A DNA stretch of 64,000 nt from an uncultured delta proteobacterium (GTDB taxonomy: Bacteria; Myxococcota_A; Polyangia; Polyangiales; JAFGIB01). The stretch covers positions 384,001-448,000 of the forward strand of contig CAVZVA010000002.1 of NCBI GenBank assembly GCA_963778655.1, given 5' to 3'. The notes beneath the pieces are model-generated. The model was given only the letters and a program-made list of their open reading frames with translations. It was not told where the DNA came from and ran no database searches. Positions 1-11,559 of the stretch are shown piece after piece; the first letter of the stretch is position 1; each line of letters begins with the position of its first letter. The translations under genes and the position numbers were made by a program.

Positions 1-787
1 CGTGGCGGTTGCCGATCACCAGGCCTGCGGCCATGGCGGCCGCAATGCCGCTCTCGGGCTGCACCGCGTTGGCGGTCTGAAACAGGGCCAGCACCAGCGC
101 AAGCGTGAACACGTTCTCGAGCCCTTCGGGCACCAGCCCGCGCACACGCAGGGCCAGCGCCATGCCGAAGCCGCCGATCACACCGAGGCCCAGTCCCACG
201 GTCAGCGCCACCGGTACGCGCACCAACCCGAACGCGAAGCTCTGGGCGGTGGGCGAGAGCGCCACCTCGAGCGCAACCGCCGCGACCACCGCGCCGACGG
301 CGTCGATCAGCACGCCCTCGGCCTCGAGCACGGTGGCCGCCGTATGCTCGAGCCGAAAGCGGCGCACCAGCGGCGTGATCACGGTGGGCCCGGTGACCAT
401 CACCAGCGTGCCGAACAGCCAGCAGGTGCGCCACGGCCAGGCCAACACCAGCCGCGCGCACAGCGCGGCTCCCGCGGTGGTGACGACCGCTCCGTACAAC
501 ACCAGCTTGCGAATCGCGCGGTTGGAACGCCGCAGCCGCTCGAGGTCCAGGTTGAGCGCGCCCTCGAACAAGATCACCGCCACCGCAAAGCCGACCAGCG
601 CCTCGAGCGCATCGCCGAGCAAGCGCGGCTGCACGGCCCCAGCCACATCGGGACCCAGCACCACCCCCACCAGCAAGAGCACCATGATCCCGGGCACGCG
701 CAGATGGCGCGCAATCGACTGCGACACGATGCCGGCGGCAAGCGCCAACGCCACGGTCATCGGCGCAGTAAGAAATCCCCCGCTCAC
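1..787 (-). CDS. Cation:proton antiporter (CPA1/NhaP-type), 3' end truncated by window edge
   Basis: Not in the ORF track. Manual minus-strand translation gives MTVALALAAGIVSQSIARHLRVPGIMVLLLVGVVLGP...AVAVILFEGALNL...VTGPTVITPLVR...LEAEGVLIDAVG, with CPA1 motifs ILFEG, TGPTV and EGVLID. Start is GTG 787 or ATG 760. Confidence 0.85.
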   Translation of the reverse strand, partial: MSGGFLTAPMTVALALAAGIVSQSIARHLRVPGIMVLLLVGVVLGPDVAGAVQPRLLGDALEALVGFAVAVILFEGALNLDLERLRRSNRAIRKLVLYGAVVTTAGAALCARLVLAWPWRTCWLFGTLVMVTGPTVITPLVRRFRLEHTAATVLEAEGVLIDAVGAVVAAVALEVALSPTAQSFAFGLVRVPVALTVGLGLGVIGGFGMALALRVRGLVPEGLENVFTLALVLALFQTANAVQPESGIAAAMAAGLVIGNRH

Positions 788-853
788 GCGAGCAGGCTAC
801 GATCCCCCCCGGCAAGGGTCGAGCCGCCCCTCTCCGCTCGTGCTCCTCTCGCG

Positions 854-953
854 CCCCCTCTCCCCCCTCGCCCTCGCCCTCGCCCTCGCCCTTGCCCCTT
901 GCCCCCGCCCCTTGCCCCTGCCCCTGCCCCTGCCCCTTGCCCCTGCCCCTTGC
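854..953. repeat. Intergenic hexa/heptamer tandem repeat (CCCTCG/CCCCTG/CCCCTTG)n; G-run array on the minus strand
   Basis: Seen directly between the hrpB stop (977) and the antiporter start. Confidence 0.85.
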
Positions 954-976
954 CTGTCCTCGTAGCTGCTACCTCC

Positions 977-3472
<2,496 letters not shown>

Positions 3473-3614
3473 CGCGAGGGCGGGCTGGTTCGGACGGGAC
3501 ACGGGCTCGCGCAGCGTAGCAGAGCGCCCGGCGCGGCGGCCTCAGCGCGGCGCCTGCGCCCGGACCGGCCGGTTTTGCCGGGGCGGCGGCTCCGGCGTAG
3601 AGTTCGGGCTGTCG

Positions 3615-5012
3615 ATGGCCGCGCTCACCCCCCTTCCTCCCAGGCCAGCCGGCGCGGCTCCGGCAAGCGCCGCCGCCGTGCACAGCGACGACGCCGAAGC
3701 GCAGCGCATCAACCTGGCCTGGCTGATCAAGCTGCGCTGGGGCGCGGTGGGTGGCCAGCTGATCACGGTGCTGGCGGTCGACCAGCTGCTGCACATTCCG
3801 CTGCCGATGCCCTCGCTGTTCGCGATCATCGGCACGGAGCTGCTGAGCAACGTGGCCTTTACGCGCTGGGCGCGCCGCACGGCTACGGTACCCGAATCGG
3901 TGCTGGCGGCGGTGATGGGCGCGGACGTGCTGCTGTTCACCGCGCTGCTGTGGCTGACCGGCGGCCCCTTCAACCCGTTCAGCTTCCTGTACCTGGTGCA
4001 CATCGCGCTAGCCACGGTGGTGCTGCGCACGCGCTGGACCTGGGGGCTGGTTGCGCTCTCGTTCACCTGCTTCGGCGCCCTGTTCGTCGAGCACCGCTGG
4101 CTCGGGGTCGGCTGGCAGATGCACATGGGTCACGAGGGCCATGCGCCCGAGAGCATGAGCATGCACCTGCAGGGCATGTGGGTGGCGTTCGGCGTGGCCG
4201 CGGCCTTCATCGTCTACTTCGTCAGCCGCGTGCGTCAGGATCTGGCCGAGCGCGAGCAGGAGCTGACCCGCGCGCGCGCACAGGCGGCTCGCGCCGAAAA
4301 GCTCGCCTCGCTCGCGACCCTGGCGGCGGGCGCTGCGCACGAGCTGTCCACGCCGCTAGCCACGATCGCGGTGGTGGCCAAGGAGCTCGAGCGCGACCTC
4401 CAGCGCGGCGGGCAGGCGCCGGAGGGCAGCACGAGCGCGCGCATGATCCGTGAGGTGGTGGGCCGCTGCCAGCAGATCCTGGTGCGGATGGCCGCAGATG
4501 CGGGCCAGAGCTTCGGCGAGGGCCTGCGCGAGCTCAGCATCGACGAGCTGCTCGGGTCCGCGCTGGAGGGGCTCCCCAACCGGGAGCACATCCGGTTGGA
4601 GATCGAGCCTGCAGCGGGCAGCCACCGCCTGCTGGTGCCGGCGCACGCGGCGTCGCAGGGACTGCAGCGGCTGCTGGAGAACGCCCAGCAAGCCACGGCG
4701 GGCGGGGGCGAGGTGGTGGTGCAGGCCAGCCTGGACGCCGAGCGTTGTTTCATCGAGGTACGCGACTCCGGCACCGGCATGCCACCCGAGGTGCTGGCTC
4801 GCGCAGGAGAGCCGTTCTTCACCACCAAGGAGCCCGGCCAGGGCATGGGGCTCGGCCTGTTCGTCACCCACGCCGTGATCGAACGCCTGGGCGGCACGCT
4901 CGAGCTGAGCTCCACGCCCGGAAGCGGTACGCGCGCCCGGGTCACGCTGCCGCTGGGCGGCATACGCGACAATATGCCGCAGGCGGAGAACGCGCGAACG
5001 GTGCCAGTCTAG
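3615..5012 (+). CDS. regB: RegB/PrrB/ActS-family membrane sensor histidine kinase
   Basis: About 6 TM segments with LRW and TGGPFNPF (GGxxNPF quinone motif), H-box AAHELSTPL, the conserved Cys in GRCQQIL, and HATPase motifs DSGTGM, PFFTTK and GMGLGL. Confidence 0.88.
   Translation: MAALTPLPPRPAGAAPASAAAVHSDDAEAQRINLAWLIKLRWGAVGGQLITVLAVDQLLHIPLPMPSLFAIIGTELLSNVAFTRWARRTATVPESVLAAVMGADVLLFTALLWLTGGPFNPFSFLYLVHIALATVVLRTRWTWGLVALSFTCFGALFVEHRWLGVGWQMHMGHEGHAPESMSMHLQGMWVAFGVAAAFIVYFVSRVRQDLAEREQELTRARAQAARAEKLASLATLAAGAAHELSTPLATIAVVAKELERDLQRGGQAPEGSTSARMIREVVGRCQQILVRMAADAGQSFGEGLRELSIDELLGSALEGLPNREHIRLEIEPAAGSHRLLVPAHAASQGLQRLLENAQQATAGGGEVVVQASLDAERCFIEVRDSGTGMPPEVLARAGEPFFTTKEPGQGMGLGLFVTHAVIERLGGTLELSSTPGSGTRARVTLPLGGIRDNMPQAENARTVPV
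4966..4980. promoter_or_regulatory. RegA/RegR-type box GCGAC-AATAT-GCCGC inside the regB 3' end, upstream of regA
   Basis: Reverse complement is GCGGC-ATATT-GTCGC, matching the RegR consensus GCGGC-N5-GTCGC. Confidence 0.6.
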
Positions 5013-5084
5013 AGGCTGGCCGGGTGGGCCTGGTGTGGTGGTGGTGGTGGTAATGGTGATGCGGTGCTGTTGCGAGGGCCTACC

Positions 5085-5633
5085 ATGAGCGCGGACTCCG
5101 ACGCGCCTTCGATCTTGATCGTCGACGACGACGACACGCTGCGCGAGCAGCTCGCGCGCGCCTTCGTGAGCCGCGGCTTCGAGGCGCGCGCCGCTGCGGA
5201 CTACGACGAGGCGATGGCGCTCGCGGGCGACGAGCCGCCGGAGCTTGCGGTGGTCGACCTGCGCATGCCGGGCCGCTCGGGCCTGGAGCTGGTGCGCGAC
5301 CTCAAGGCGGTCGACGCCACCATCAAGATCGTGGTGCTGACGGGCTACGGCAGCATCGCCACGGCGATCGACGCCATGAAACTGGGCGCCGTCTACTACC
5401 TCCCCAAGCCCGCCGACGCCGACGACATCCTGGCCGCGTTCGCGCGTGGCGAGGGCGCGCCGCTCGAGCCAAGCCAGGGCGAGTTCGCGGCGCCCTCGCT
5501 CGAGCGCCTGAAGTGGGAGCACATCAACCTCGTGCTCGCCGACTGCGGCGGCAACGTCTCGGAAGCCGCGCGCCGACTCAAGATGCACCGCCGCACCCTG
5601 CAGCGCATGCTCAACAAGTACCCGCCACGCTGA
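5085..5633 (+). CDS. regA: RegA/PrrA/ActR-family response regulator
   Basis: REC domain (IVDDD, VVDLRMP, LTGYGSIATAIDAMKLGA, YLPKP) followed by the RegA HTH signature SLERLKWEHINLVLADCGGNVSEAARRLKMHRRTLQRML. Confidence 0.93.
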   Translation: MSADSDAPSILIVDDDDTLREQLARAFVSRGFEARAAADYDEAMALAGDEPPELAVVDLRMPGRSGLELVRDLKAVDATIKIVVLTGYGSIATAIDAMKLGAVYYLPKPADADDILAAFARGEGAPLEPSQGEFAAPSLERLKWEHINLVLADCGGNVSEAARRLKMHRRTLQRMLNKYPPR

Positions 5634-5660
5634 AGCCGCCGAAGCCTGTCTTCGGATCTA

Positions 5661-5772
5661 CGGGAAGACGGGAAGAAGCTCGGGTGTGGGAAGGGCGAGA
5701 ACCGCCGCGGCTGGCACGCAGCGCTAGCGGCGAGGCGGCATCGAACAAACCTGGAATCGTCCCGTCTTCCCG
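5661..5772. repeat. Intergenic element bounded by 13-bp perfect inverted repeats CGGGAAGACGGGA / TCCCGTCTTCCCG
   Basis: Arms at 5661-5673 and 5760-5772, just after the regA stop. Confidence 0.55.
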
Positions 5773-6023
5773 CCTTCCTTGTTTCCTGCTTCTTGGCAAC
5801 GTCAGGAAGGTGGGCTCGCGCTGCTACGTCGGCTTGGTGTAGAGGATCGAGGCTGGTCGATTGTCGGTAGGCCGTAGCAGCGCGAGCCCCTGGTCGTTAA
5901 GCGGCGATGCTCGAGCTGGCGATCGAGCACGTCGGAAGGGAGCATAGCCCGGCTGCAAGCGAACCGCTGTGCGACAAGATGTCGCGGGCGGCGCAGCCGA
6001 ACAAGGACAGCGGCTTGTATGGC

Positions 6024-6512
6024 TCAACTTCCGCTGCGATCGAGCCAACCATCGGGCTCGATCGGAATCTGTGCGACCAAGATCGGTGGCCGCTGCGCGA
6101 ACACCTTCGCTGTCTCTCCGACGAATACCGCGTTGCGCCCGAGCTTCCCCTTCAACGCCAGCTGAACGGATGGCGTAATGACCGACAGGTCTAGCCGCAT
6201 TCGACACGTGGTTTGCCGGCACTCGATGCCCCTCAACGCCTCGCTGTCCCCTTCAGCCCCAAACACGTCGATGATCTCCGCCTCGCGGAGGCGTGACTCG
6301 TGCCCTCCCTGGCCCTCCTTGTTCCACCGCCTGACCAGGGGTCCTCCTCGCTCACGAAGGACGTCGTCCAGGGACCGTTCGACATCGTCCCTGAGGGCCG
6401 CGCCAGCTGCATCGGGGCCTGACGGGCCGTGCAGCCGTGAAGCTTGAGCGCTGTTGCCGAACGGGTTCGACCGCATCCTGATGACGCGGCGGAGGAACGG
6501 CCGATGAGCCAA
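6024..6512 (-). CDS. Hypothetical protein or gene remnant
   Basis: ORF co-oriented with the multiheme cytochrome; contains a CRxxxCR-like segment (IECRQTTCRMRL). Weak codon bias and no clear RBS. Confidence 0.3.
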   Translation of the reverse strand: MAHRPFLRRVIRMRSNPFGNSAQASRLHGPSGPDAAGAALRDDVERSLDDVLRERGGPLVRRWNKEGQGGHESRLREAEIIDVFGAEGDSEALRGIECRQTTCRMRLDLSVITPSVQLALKGKLGRNAVFVGETAKVFAQRPPILVAQIPIEPDGWLDRSGS

Positions 6513-6553
6513 TGCTCTGAGCTGAGTGCAGGCTCAGGAGCGCGGTCGCGCCC

Positions 6554-8069
6554 TCATTGCATCCCGCAACCTGCGGCGGTCGGGTCGTACATGCAGCGAT
6601 AGGTGTCGCAATCCAGCTTGTTCGCGCCGGCAAAGACGGTTTGCCCGACCTTGTCAGGCGTCCATTCGATGGTCGCATCGCCGAGCGTGAAGGTCGGCAT
6701 CTGCGCCAGCACTGCCGGAATCGAGATCGCCCGAATCCACCAAATCCTGCAACACGTCCATACCCATCGGACGCATGCGGAGGCGTGCAGTGAGACGCGA
6801 GGGCAACCCGGGCGAGCCATCCGCTGAACTGACCAGGATGCGGTATTGCCTGGTGCGAGAGTGGCTGCCGGGTTGGGCGATCTTGCCGACCGGGAGCACG
6901 TCCGTTGGCTCGAGGTAGCCGTTCGGATACTGAGCCGACGGTGCAGCCTCCCAGAACATGTGCACTGGCTCGCCCTGAGCATTGAAGATGCGGTCTCGCA
7001 TCAACCACAAATCCTTGTCGTACTTAGGGTCGTCCTGGGGCTTGTCTTCCAGCTCGCCATCCATGATGTCGCCGCTGGAATAGACCTGCTTGCCGTCGGC
7101 GTCGAAGGCCTTGACCTCGAGCCATAGCCGCCGGTCCTGCGTGGCGCCGCTCGGCTCGTTGTGACCGCCCTGGGTCTCCACCGTAAACGTGAAGGTGCCA
7201 AATGGGTCGGAATCCACTGTGAAGAACGAGATGCTGTTCTGAAGGCGGCAGTCGCGCACCGCCGCAGTCATTGCCTCGCGGTCGGGGTTGTCCGTGAGCG
7301 GGACGTCCACCCCTGGCCACACGTGCTCGTGCACGCGGCGCACCGGCACGTTGCTCGGCGGATCATCCGCCGCCAAGTCCTGGTGCGGCTGCATGTGGCA
7401 GCCGTTGCAGGTGTCGAATCCTTTTGGATTGGTTACGAACACGCTCATGTTGTATTCGGCGAGCGTGCGCTCGAGGTGGACGCCGCTGTCGGTCACGATG
7501 TCGTGACAGCCGCCGCACATCTGCGAGCTCTCGAGCTTGTTCTCGTCGAAGATCGAGGCGTACGCCGCGCGGTGCACACCGGGCTGCTTTGGATTGTTGA
7601 TCCCGCCGCGCATGATGTTGTCGCTCGCGAGATGCAGCATGGCGTTGTGGTCGCCGTCCACGCGATCGGCGTTGTGGCAGAAGTAGCAGGTCACGCCCTG
7701 GTACTGCTCGGGGAGCTGTGCGAGGTTGAGCCCGTCGGTGGTCATGCCGTCACGCACAGCCATCGGCGCGTGGCAGTTTACACAGAACGTGCCGAGCGCG
7801 CCGTTGGTCTCACGCTGCCCCCGCTTGTTCATCGCGAGGAAGACGGGGTCCTTCGCAGCGTAGGCGTGCATGCTGCTCGCCCACTGGCGGAATGCCTTGG
7901 CGTGGCATTTCTTGCAATTGGCCGGGTCCCTGAGCTGGGCCTGAGTGAAGGGTGTGCGCGTGCTCGGGTCGTCGCCCGCCCCCGCGCCGCCATCGCCCGA
8001 GACGGCACCGCTTTTGGCGCTACAAGCCCCGAGCAACCAGATCGTCGCGAGCCAACCGAATGTTCTCAT
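6554..8069 (-). CDS. Penta-heme c-type cytochrome lipoprotein (c554/c552-like), apparent +1 frameshift near 6719
   Basis: Lipobox LLGAC; five CxxCH motifs (CKKCH, CVNCH, CYFCH, CGGCH, CNGCH); WASSMHAYA. The annotated frame ends at 6654, but a natural-looking C-terminus (PAVLAQMPTFTL...GCGMQ*) continues in another frame to 6554. Confidence 0.85.
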
Positions 8070-8106
8070 CGCCGTCAGGTTCCGCTCGCGACCGCGAGAC
8101 CGCGTT

Positions 8107-8667
8107 TCAACGGACGCAGTAGTAGAAATGGACCATGTCGTCGCCCGCGGTCGCCGAGCTGACGGTGAACTGCAGATCGAAATAACCGCGCATGAACAGG
8201 TTGATGCCGACGTCGTACTGGGACGGGTCGCTGAGCGGGGTCATGCTGTACCCGGGCTTGCCGTGACCATGAAAGGGCATTTTGGCGTAGACCTTCGTCA
8301 GCTTCACGTCGGTCAGCGAATTGCCGCTCGCGTCCATGAACTGAATCGTCCAGTCGTTATTGTACAGCGTCGGGGGCTGCGGACTTGCGGCGATCAGCTT
8401 GCCCTGGATCTTCATGTTGTCACCCATCGCCGTCATGCCGGTCAGGAAGTTGCTGGCGTCGATAGCACCGTCTGGACACTGGACCGGCATGGTGTCGCCT
8501 CCAGCCCCGGCATCTCCAGCGCCGCCACCGGTGCCGGCATTCGCCAGCGCCGTGGTGCCGGCCCCAGAGTTTGAAGCCGAGCCGGCGCTACCGTTACTCG
8601 GGCAGCCGACGAGCGCCGCGCAGCCCGCGGCAATTGCAATCACCACCCTCTGGCGTCGTGTCTTCAT
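8107..8667 (-). CDS. YtkA/FixH-like Ig-fold lipoprotein, putative metal chaperone
   Basis: Start MKTRRQ with lipobox ALVGC, Gly-rich linker, NDWTIQFMDASG, the KMPFHGHG (MPxHGHG) motif and NLFMRGYF. Confidence 0.7.
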   Translation of the reverse strand: MKTRRQRVVIAIAAGCAALVGCPSNGSAGSASNSGAGTTALANAGTGGGAGDAGAGGDTMPVQCPDGAIDASNFLTGMTAMGDNMKIQGKLIAASPQPPTLYNNDWTIQFMDASGNSLTDVKLTKVYAKMPFHGHGKPGYSMTPLSDPSQYDVGINLFMRGYFDLQFTVSSATAGDDMVHFYYCVR

Positions 8668-8827
8668 GCTCCACTCTCCCGATGTCTCGCGAGCCCCACG
8701 ACGAGACGACCACTGACAACTGGTTGTGTCACGCTCGGCCGCGAATCGCAAACGCGAATCGCGCCAGCTTGAGGGGTGGAATGCCCCATCTCCCCAAATC
8801 GGAACGCCCTAAGTGACGTGCTCGCCT

Positions 8828-8842
8828 GCGGCGTTTTGTCGC
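8828..8842. promoter_or_regulatory. RegA/RegR-type box GCGGC-GTTTT-GTCGC in a divergent promoter region
   Basis: Perfect consensus match, flanked by T and A, between divergent genes starting at 8667 (-) and 8927 (+). Confidence 0.7.
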
Positions 8843-8926
8843 ATTGCTCTGCGCGCCGCGTTTGCACTACCGTGACGGCATGTTTGAGTGGAGCGGGTCT
8901 GTGCGATCCGCGGAGAGGTCTTCGCC

Positions 8927-9709
8927 ATGCTGAGCTTGCAACAACGTGCGGGTCTTGCCCGCGTGAATCCCGGTAGTGCGCTGATCGCTGCGTCGCTGCT
9001 TGCCCTCGTGATCGGCGTGGGCTGCAAGAGCAGCAGCTCGAACACGCCCGACGCGGGCGGCGGTAACGACAGCGGGACCGGCACCGGCGGTACGGGTGGC
9101 AGCGGCGGCAAGGGCGGCTCAGGCGGCAGCGGTGGCACTGATGGCGGCAGCGATGCCGGTATGTGTCCCTCCGATGCGGGCGGCCCGTCCGCGGGTGACA
9201 AGGACATGCACTGCATCGACTCGAGCGGCAACGAGATCAAGCAGGCGACGAGTGAATCGGCTTGCTCGCTGCCACCGGACGCCAGCATTCCGATGACGGA
9301 CAACGATGCGGGGGCGGACCAGTCCGACTACGGTCCAACGCTCTACGGCACCGAAGCGGACGACGACGATTGCAAGTATCACGTGAAGTGGAGCGTTTCG
9401 TGCGTGACGGAGAATCGGGATGTCACCTTCAATGTGACCGTCACCAAGAAGACCGACGGCAAGCCGCTGACCGGCGCGCATCCACGCCTCGAGGTGTTCC
9501 TCCCGAATGCTGACGATTCGAGTGAGCATCCGGCGCCGAACTCGGGGCAGGCGCAGAAGGAGACCGCTGCCGGCGTGTACACGATCGGCCCAGTCCGCTT
9601 CGACGAACCGGGTAAGTGGACCGCGCGCTTCCACTTCCGCGAGGAGTGCGTCGATTTGACCGAGGACTCGCCGCACGGACACGCCGCGTTCTACATCGAC
9701 GTGCCGTGA
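8927..9709 (+). CDS. YtkA/FixH-like lipoprotein
   Basis: RBS GGAGAGG; lipobox IGVGC; Gly-rich linker; C-terminal domain EADDDDCKYHV...GVYTIGPVRFDEPGKWTARFHF...SPHGHAAFYIDVP. Confidence 0.7.
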   Translation: MLSLQQRAGLARVNPGSALIAASLLALVIGVGCKSSSSNTPDAGGGNDSGTGTGGTGGSGGKGGSGGSGGTDGGSDAGMCPSDAGGPSAGDKDMHCIDSSGNEIKQATSESACSLPPDASIPMTDNDAGADQSDYGPTLYGTEADDDDCKYHVKWSVSCVTENRDVTFNVTVTKKTDGKPLTGAHPRLEVFLPNADDSSEHPAPNSGQAQKETAAGVYTIGPVRFDEPGKWTARFHFREECVDLTEDSPHGHAAFYIDVP

Positions 9710-9801
9710 GCGGCCGGTTCGGGCGGGCCTGCTGCGCGGGCATCCGGCCAACTAACGGGCGCCCGTTCCAATCCGCGCATCCCGTGCTATGAGGTAGTGT
9801 C

Positions 9802-10305
9802 GTGGTTCGAGGGTGTGCAGCGCTGGCTCTTGTCTGCATGGCCTGCGGCTCGATGCCTGCGGGGCGCCATCCAGACGCTGGCGGTGGCCTCGCCGGAGAC
9901 GCTGGGCCGCCGCGAATGGACGCCGGAGACGCGAGCGCCAGAGACGCTGGCGCCAGAGACGCTGGCGACCCGCCGCACGAGGGCGGCGTCTGCACCTACG
10001 ATCCCAGCGTCGCTCCGCGGGCCGACTGCCCCAACGACGTACCGAGCGCGTGCGCCGACCCGGCCCCGAGCTACAGCGCCACGGTCGCCACGATCTTCCG
10101 GGATCGATGCAGCGCCTGTCATCGTGTCGGCGGCCTGGCTGCCGACAAGCCGTTCGACAGCTACGCCCACGAGCATAAGCGCAGCGGGGCGATCCTCACC
10201 GCAGTTGCTGGCTGCGTGATGCCCCCACCCTGCGCCCCGCAGCCGACCAGCCAGGAGCGCGGCGATCTCCTGATGTGGCTCGTCTGCGACGCGCCCGACA
10301 ACTGA
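9802..10305 (+). CDS. Monoheme c-type cytochrome lipoprotein
   Basis: Lipobox-like CMAC; PSYSATVATIFRDRCSACH; distal CVMPP (Met ligand); ERGDLLMW. Confidence 0.75.
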   Translation: MVRGCAALALVCMACGSMPAGRHPDAGGGLAGDAGPPRMDAGDASARDAGARDAGDPPHEGGVCTYDPSVAPRADCPNDVPSACADPAPSYSATVATIFRDRCSACHRVGGLAADKPFDSYAHEHKRSGAILTAVAGCVMPPPCAPQPTSQERGDLLMWLVCDAPDN

Positions 10306-10372
10306 CGGGGCGCCCAACGTTGAATCGAGTCCCCGACGGCGGATCGTCCCGAGAGCATGAGCCGGTCGCGGC

Positions 10373-10714
10373 TCAGTGCAGACAGCGGTGGCTGATCTGC
10401 TCTACATTCTTGGCGCGGGCGACGCAGGCGAGCGCGTTGGGGCGCAGCGGGCGACCGACGCAGCGGCCGAGCTCGGTGGCGAGCTGGGCGCGCAGCTCCT
10501 GCTTCTTGCGCGCGGCGAGTGCTTTGTCGCTGAAGCCGCGCTCCTGCAGCTCGCGATCTACGATTGCGCCGAAAATCCCGTCGCAGTCGCTGCGCGAGGC
10601 CGGGCGGCGCCCGCAGCCGGCGAGCGCCGCCGCGCCGAGCGCAAGCCCGAGTGATAGCGCGAGCGCGCAAAGGCCGCCGCGGCGCGAGCGCAGCGATGGG
10701 CGAAGCGCTCTCAT
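10373..10714 (-). CDS. Small Cys-containing lipoprotein, last gene of the TonB operon
   Basis: ATG overlaps the tonB TGA (ATGA at 10714-10711); lipobox ALAGC; four further Cys. Confidence 0.7.
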   Translation of the reverse strand: MRALRPSLRSRRGGLCALALSLGLALGAAALAGCGRRPASRSDCDGIFGAIVDRELQERGFSDKALAARKKQELRAQLATELGRCVGRPLRPNALACVARAKNVEQISHRCLH

Positions 10715-11559
10715 CGGGTGAACCTCACCACGATCGGCGGCGATTGCGCGCGGATCGCGCGGCCCGCGCGATCCTTGGCCGGGGTGAAGCGCGTGCGCAG
10801 CGCGCAGGCCAGCGCGGCCTGACCAAAGCCGTGGCCGAGGTCGTGGACCAGCTTGGCCGACTCGACGCTGCCGTCCGGGCGCACCCATACACGCATGACC
10901 ACCACTTGCTCGTCGATCGGCTCGCCCTCGGCTTCGCGCGGCCAGGGGCACGACCAGTCCTGCTCCGGTAGCGACACAGGGCCCGAGCGATCAGGACCGG
11001 CCGAGCGCGCGCGCGGCTTGGCGGCAGGCGCGGGCGCGGCCGCGACGGCCCTGACCGCCGTCCGGCTGGTGCCGCTCGCGGTGGTGACGCCACCCGCGTA
11101 CGCGTCGGCCATGCCGCTGACAAAGGTCTCCCCGGTGAGATCCACGGGCTCGTTCGGGTCGGGCGCCTGCGCCAGGATGCGGCCGGCCCGCGCCGGCGGT
11201 TGAGGCTTCTCCGCAGGTGCCTCGCGCCGCGCCACCGGCACGCGCGGCGCGGCCTTGGGCGGAGGCGTGGGCGCTTCCGGCTCGGGAGGTGGCGTGGGCG
11301 GCGGCGGAGGTGGCTGCGCGACGTCCAGCTCCTCCTCGGAGAGCGCCTCGTGCACGCGCAGCGCCAGATCCGCCGACCACGATTCCAGCGACTGCCCAGC
11401 ATCCTTGGCCCACATGATCAGCGAGCCGTGCACGCCGAGCGCCGCGACCAGGGCCAGCAGCAGGCCGCGCGCGCCCCAGCTCGTGCCCCGCGACGCGGCG
11501 AACACCACGTCCACGATGCGGGGACGGCGGCCCGCAGGCTGGGCGGCTCCGTGGCTCAC
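10711..11559 (-). CDS. tonB: Energy transducer TonB family protein
   Basis: N-terminal TM with the SxxxH-like segment ALGVHGSL, Pro-rich linker, and a TonB_C domain (VWVRPDGSV...GHGFGQAA...RFTPA...IVVRF). GTGA overlap with exbD. Confidence 0.85.
   Translation of the reverse strand: MSHGAAQPAGRRPRIVDVVFAASRGTSWGARGLLLALVAALGVHGSLIMWAKDAGQSLESWSADLALRVHEALSEEELDVAQPPPPPPTPPPEPEAPTPPPKAAPRVPVARREAPAEKPQPPARAGRILAQAPDPNEPVDLTGETFVSGMADAYAGGVTTASGTSRTAVRAVAAAPAPAAKPRARSAGPDRSGPVSLPEQDWSCPWPREAEGEPIDEQVVVMRVWVRPDGSVESAKLVHDLGHGFGQAALACALRTRFTPAKDRAGRAIRAQSPPIVVRFTR

Noticed and set aside
5035..5061. Poly-His mini-ORF (HHHYHHHHH) on the minus strand between regB and regA
   Set aside because: An in-frame TAG lies seven codons upstream (5082-5080) with no start in between; treated as a (GTG)n microsatellite.
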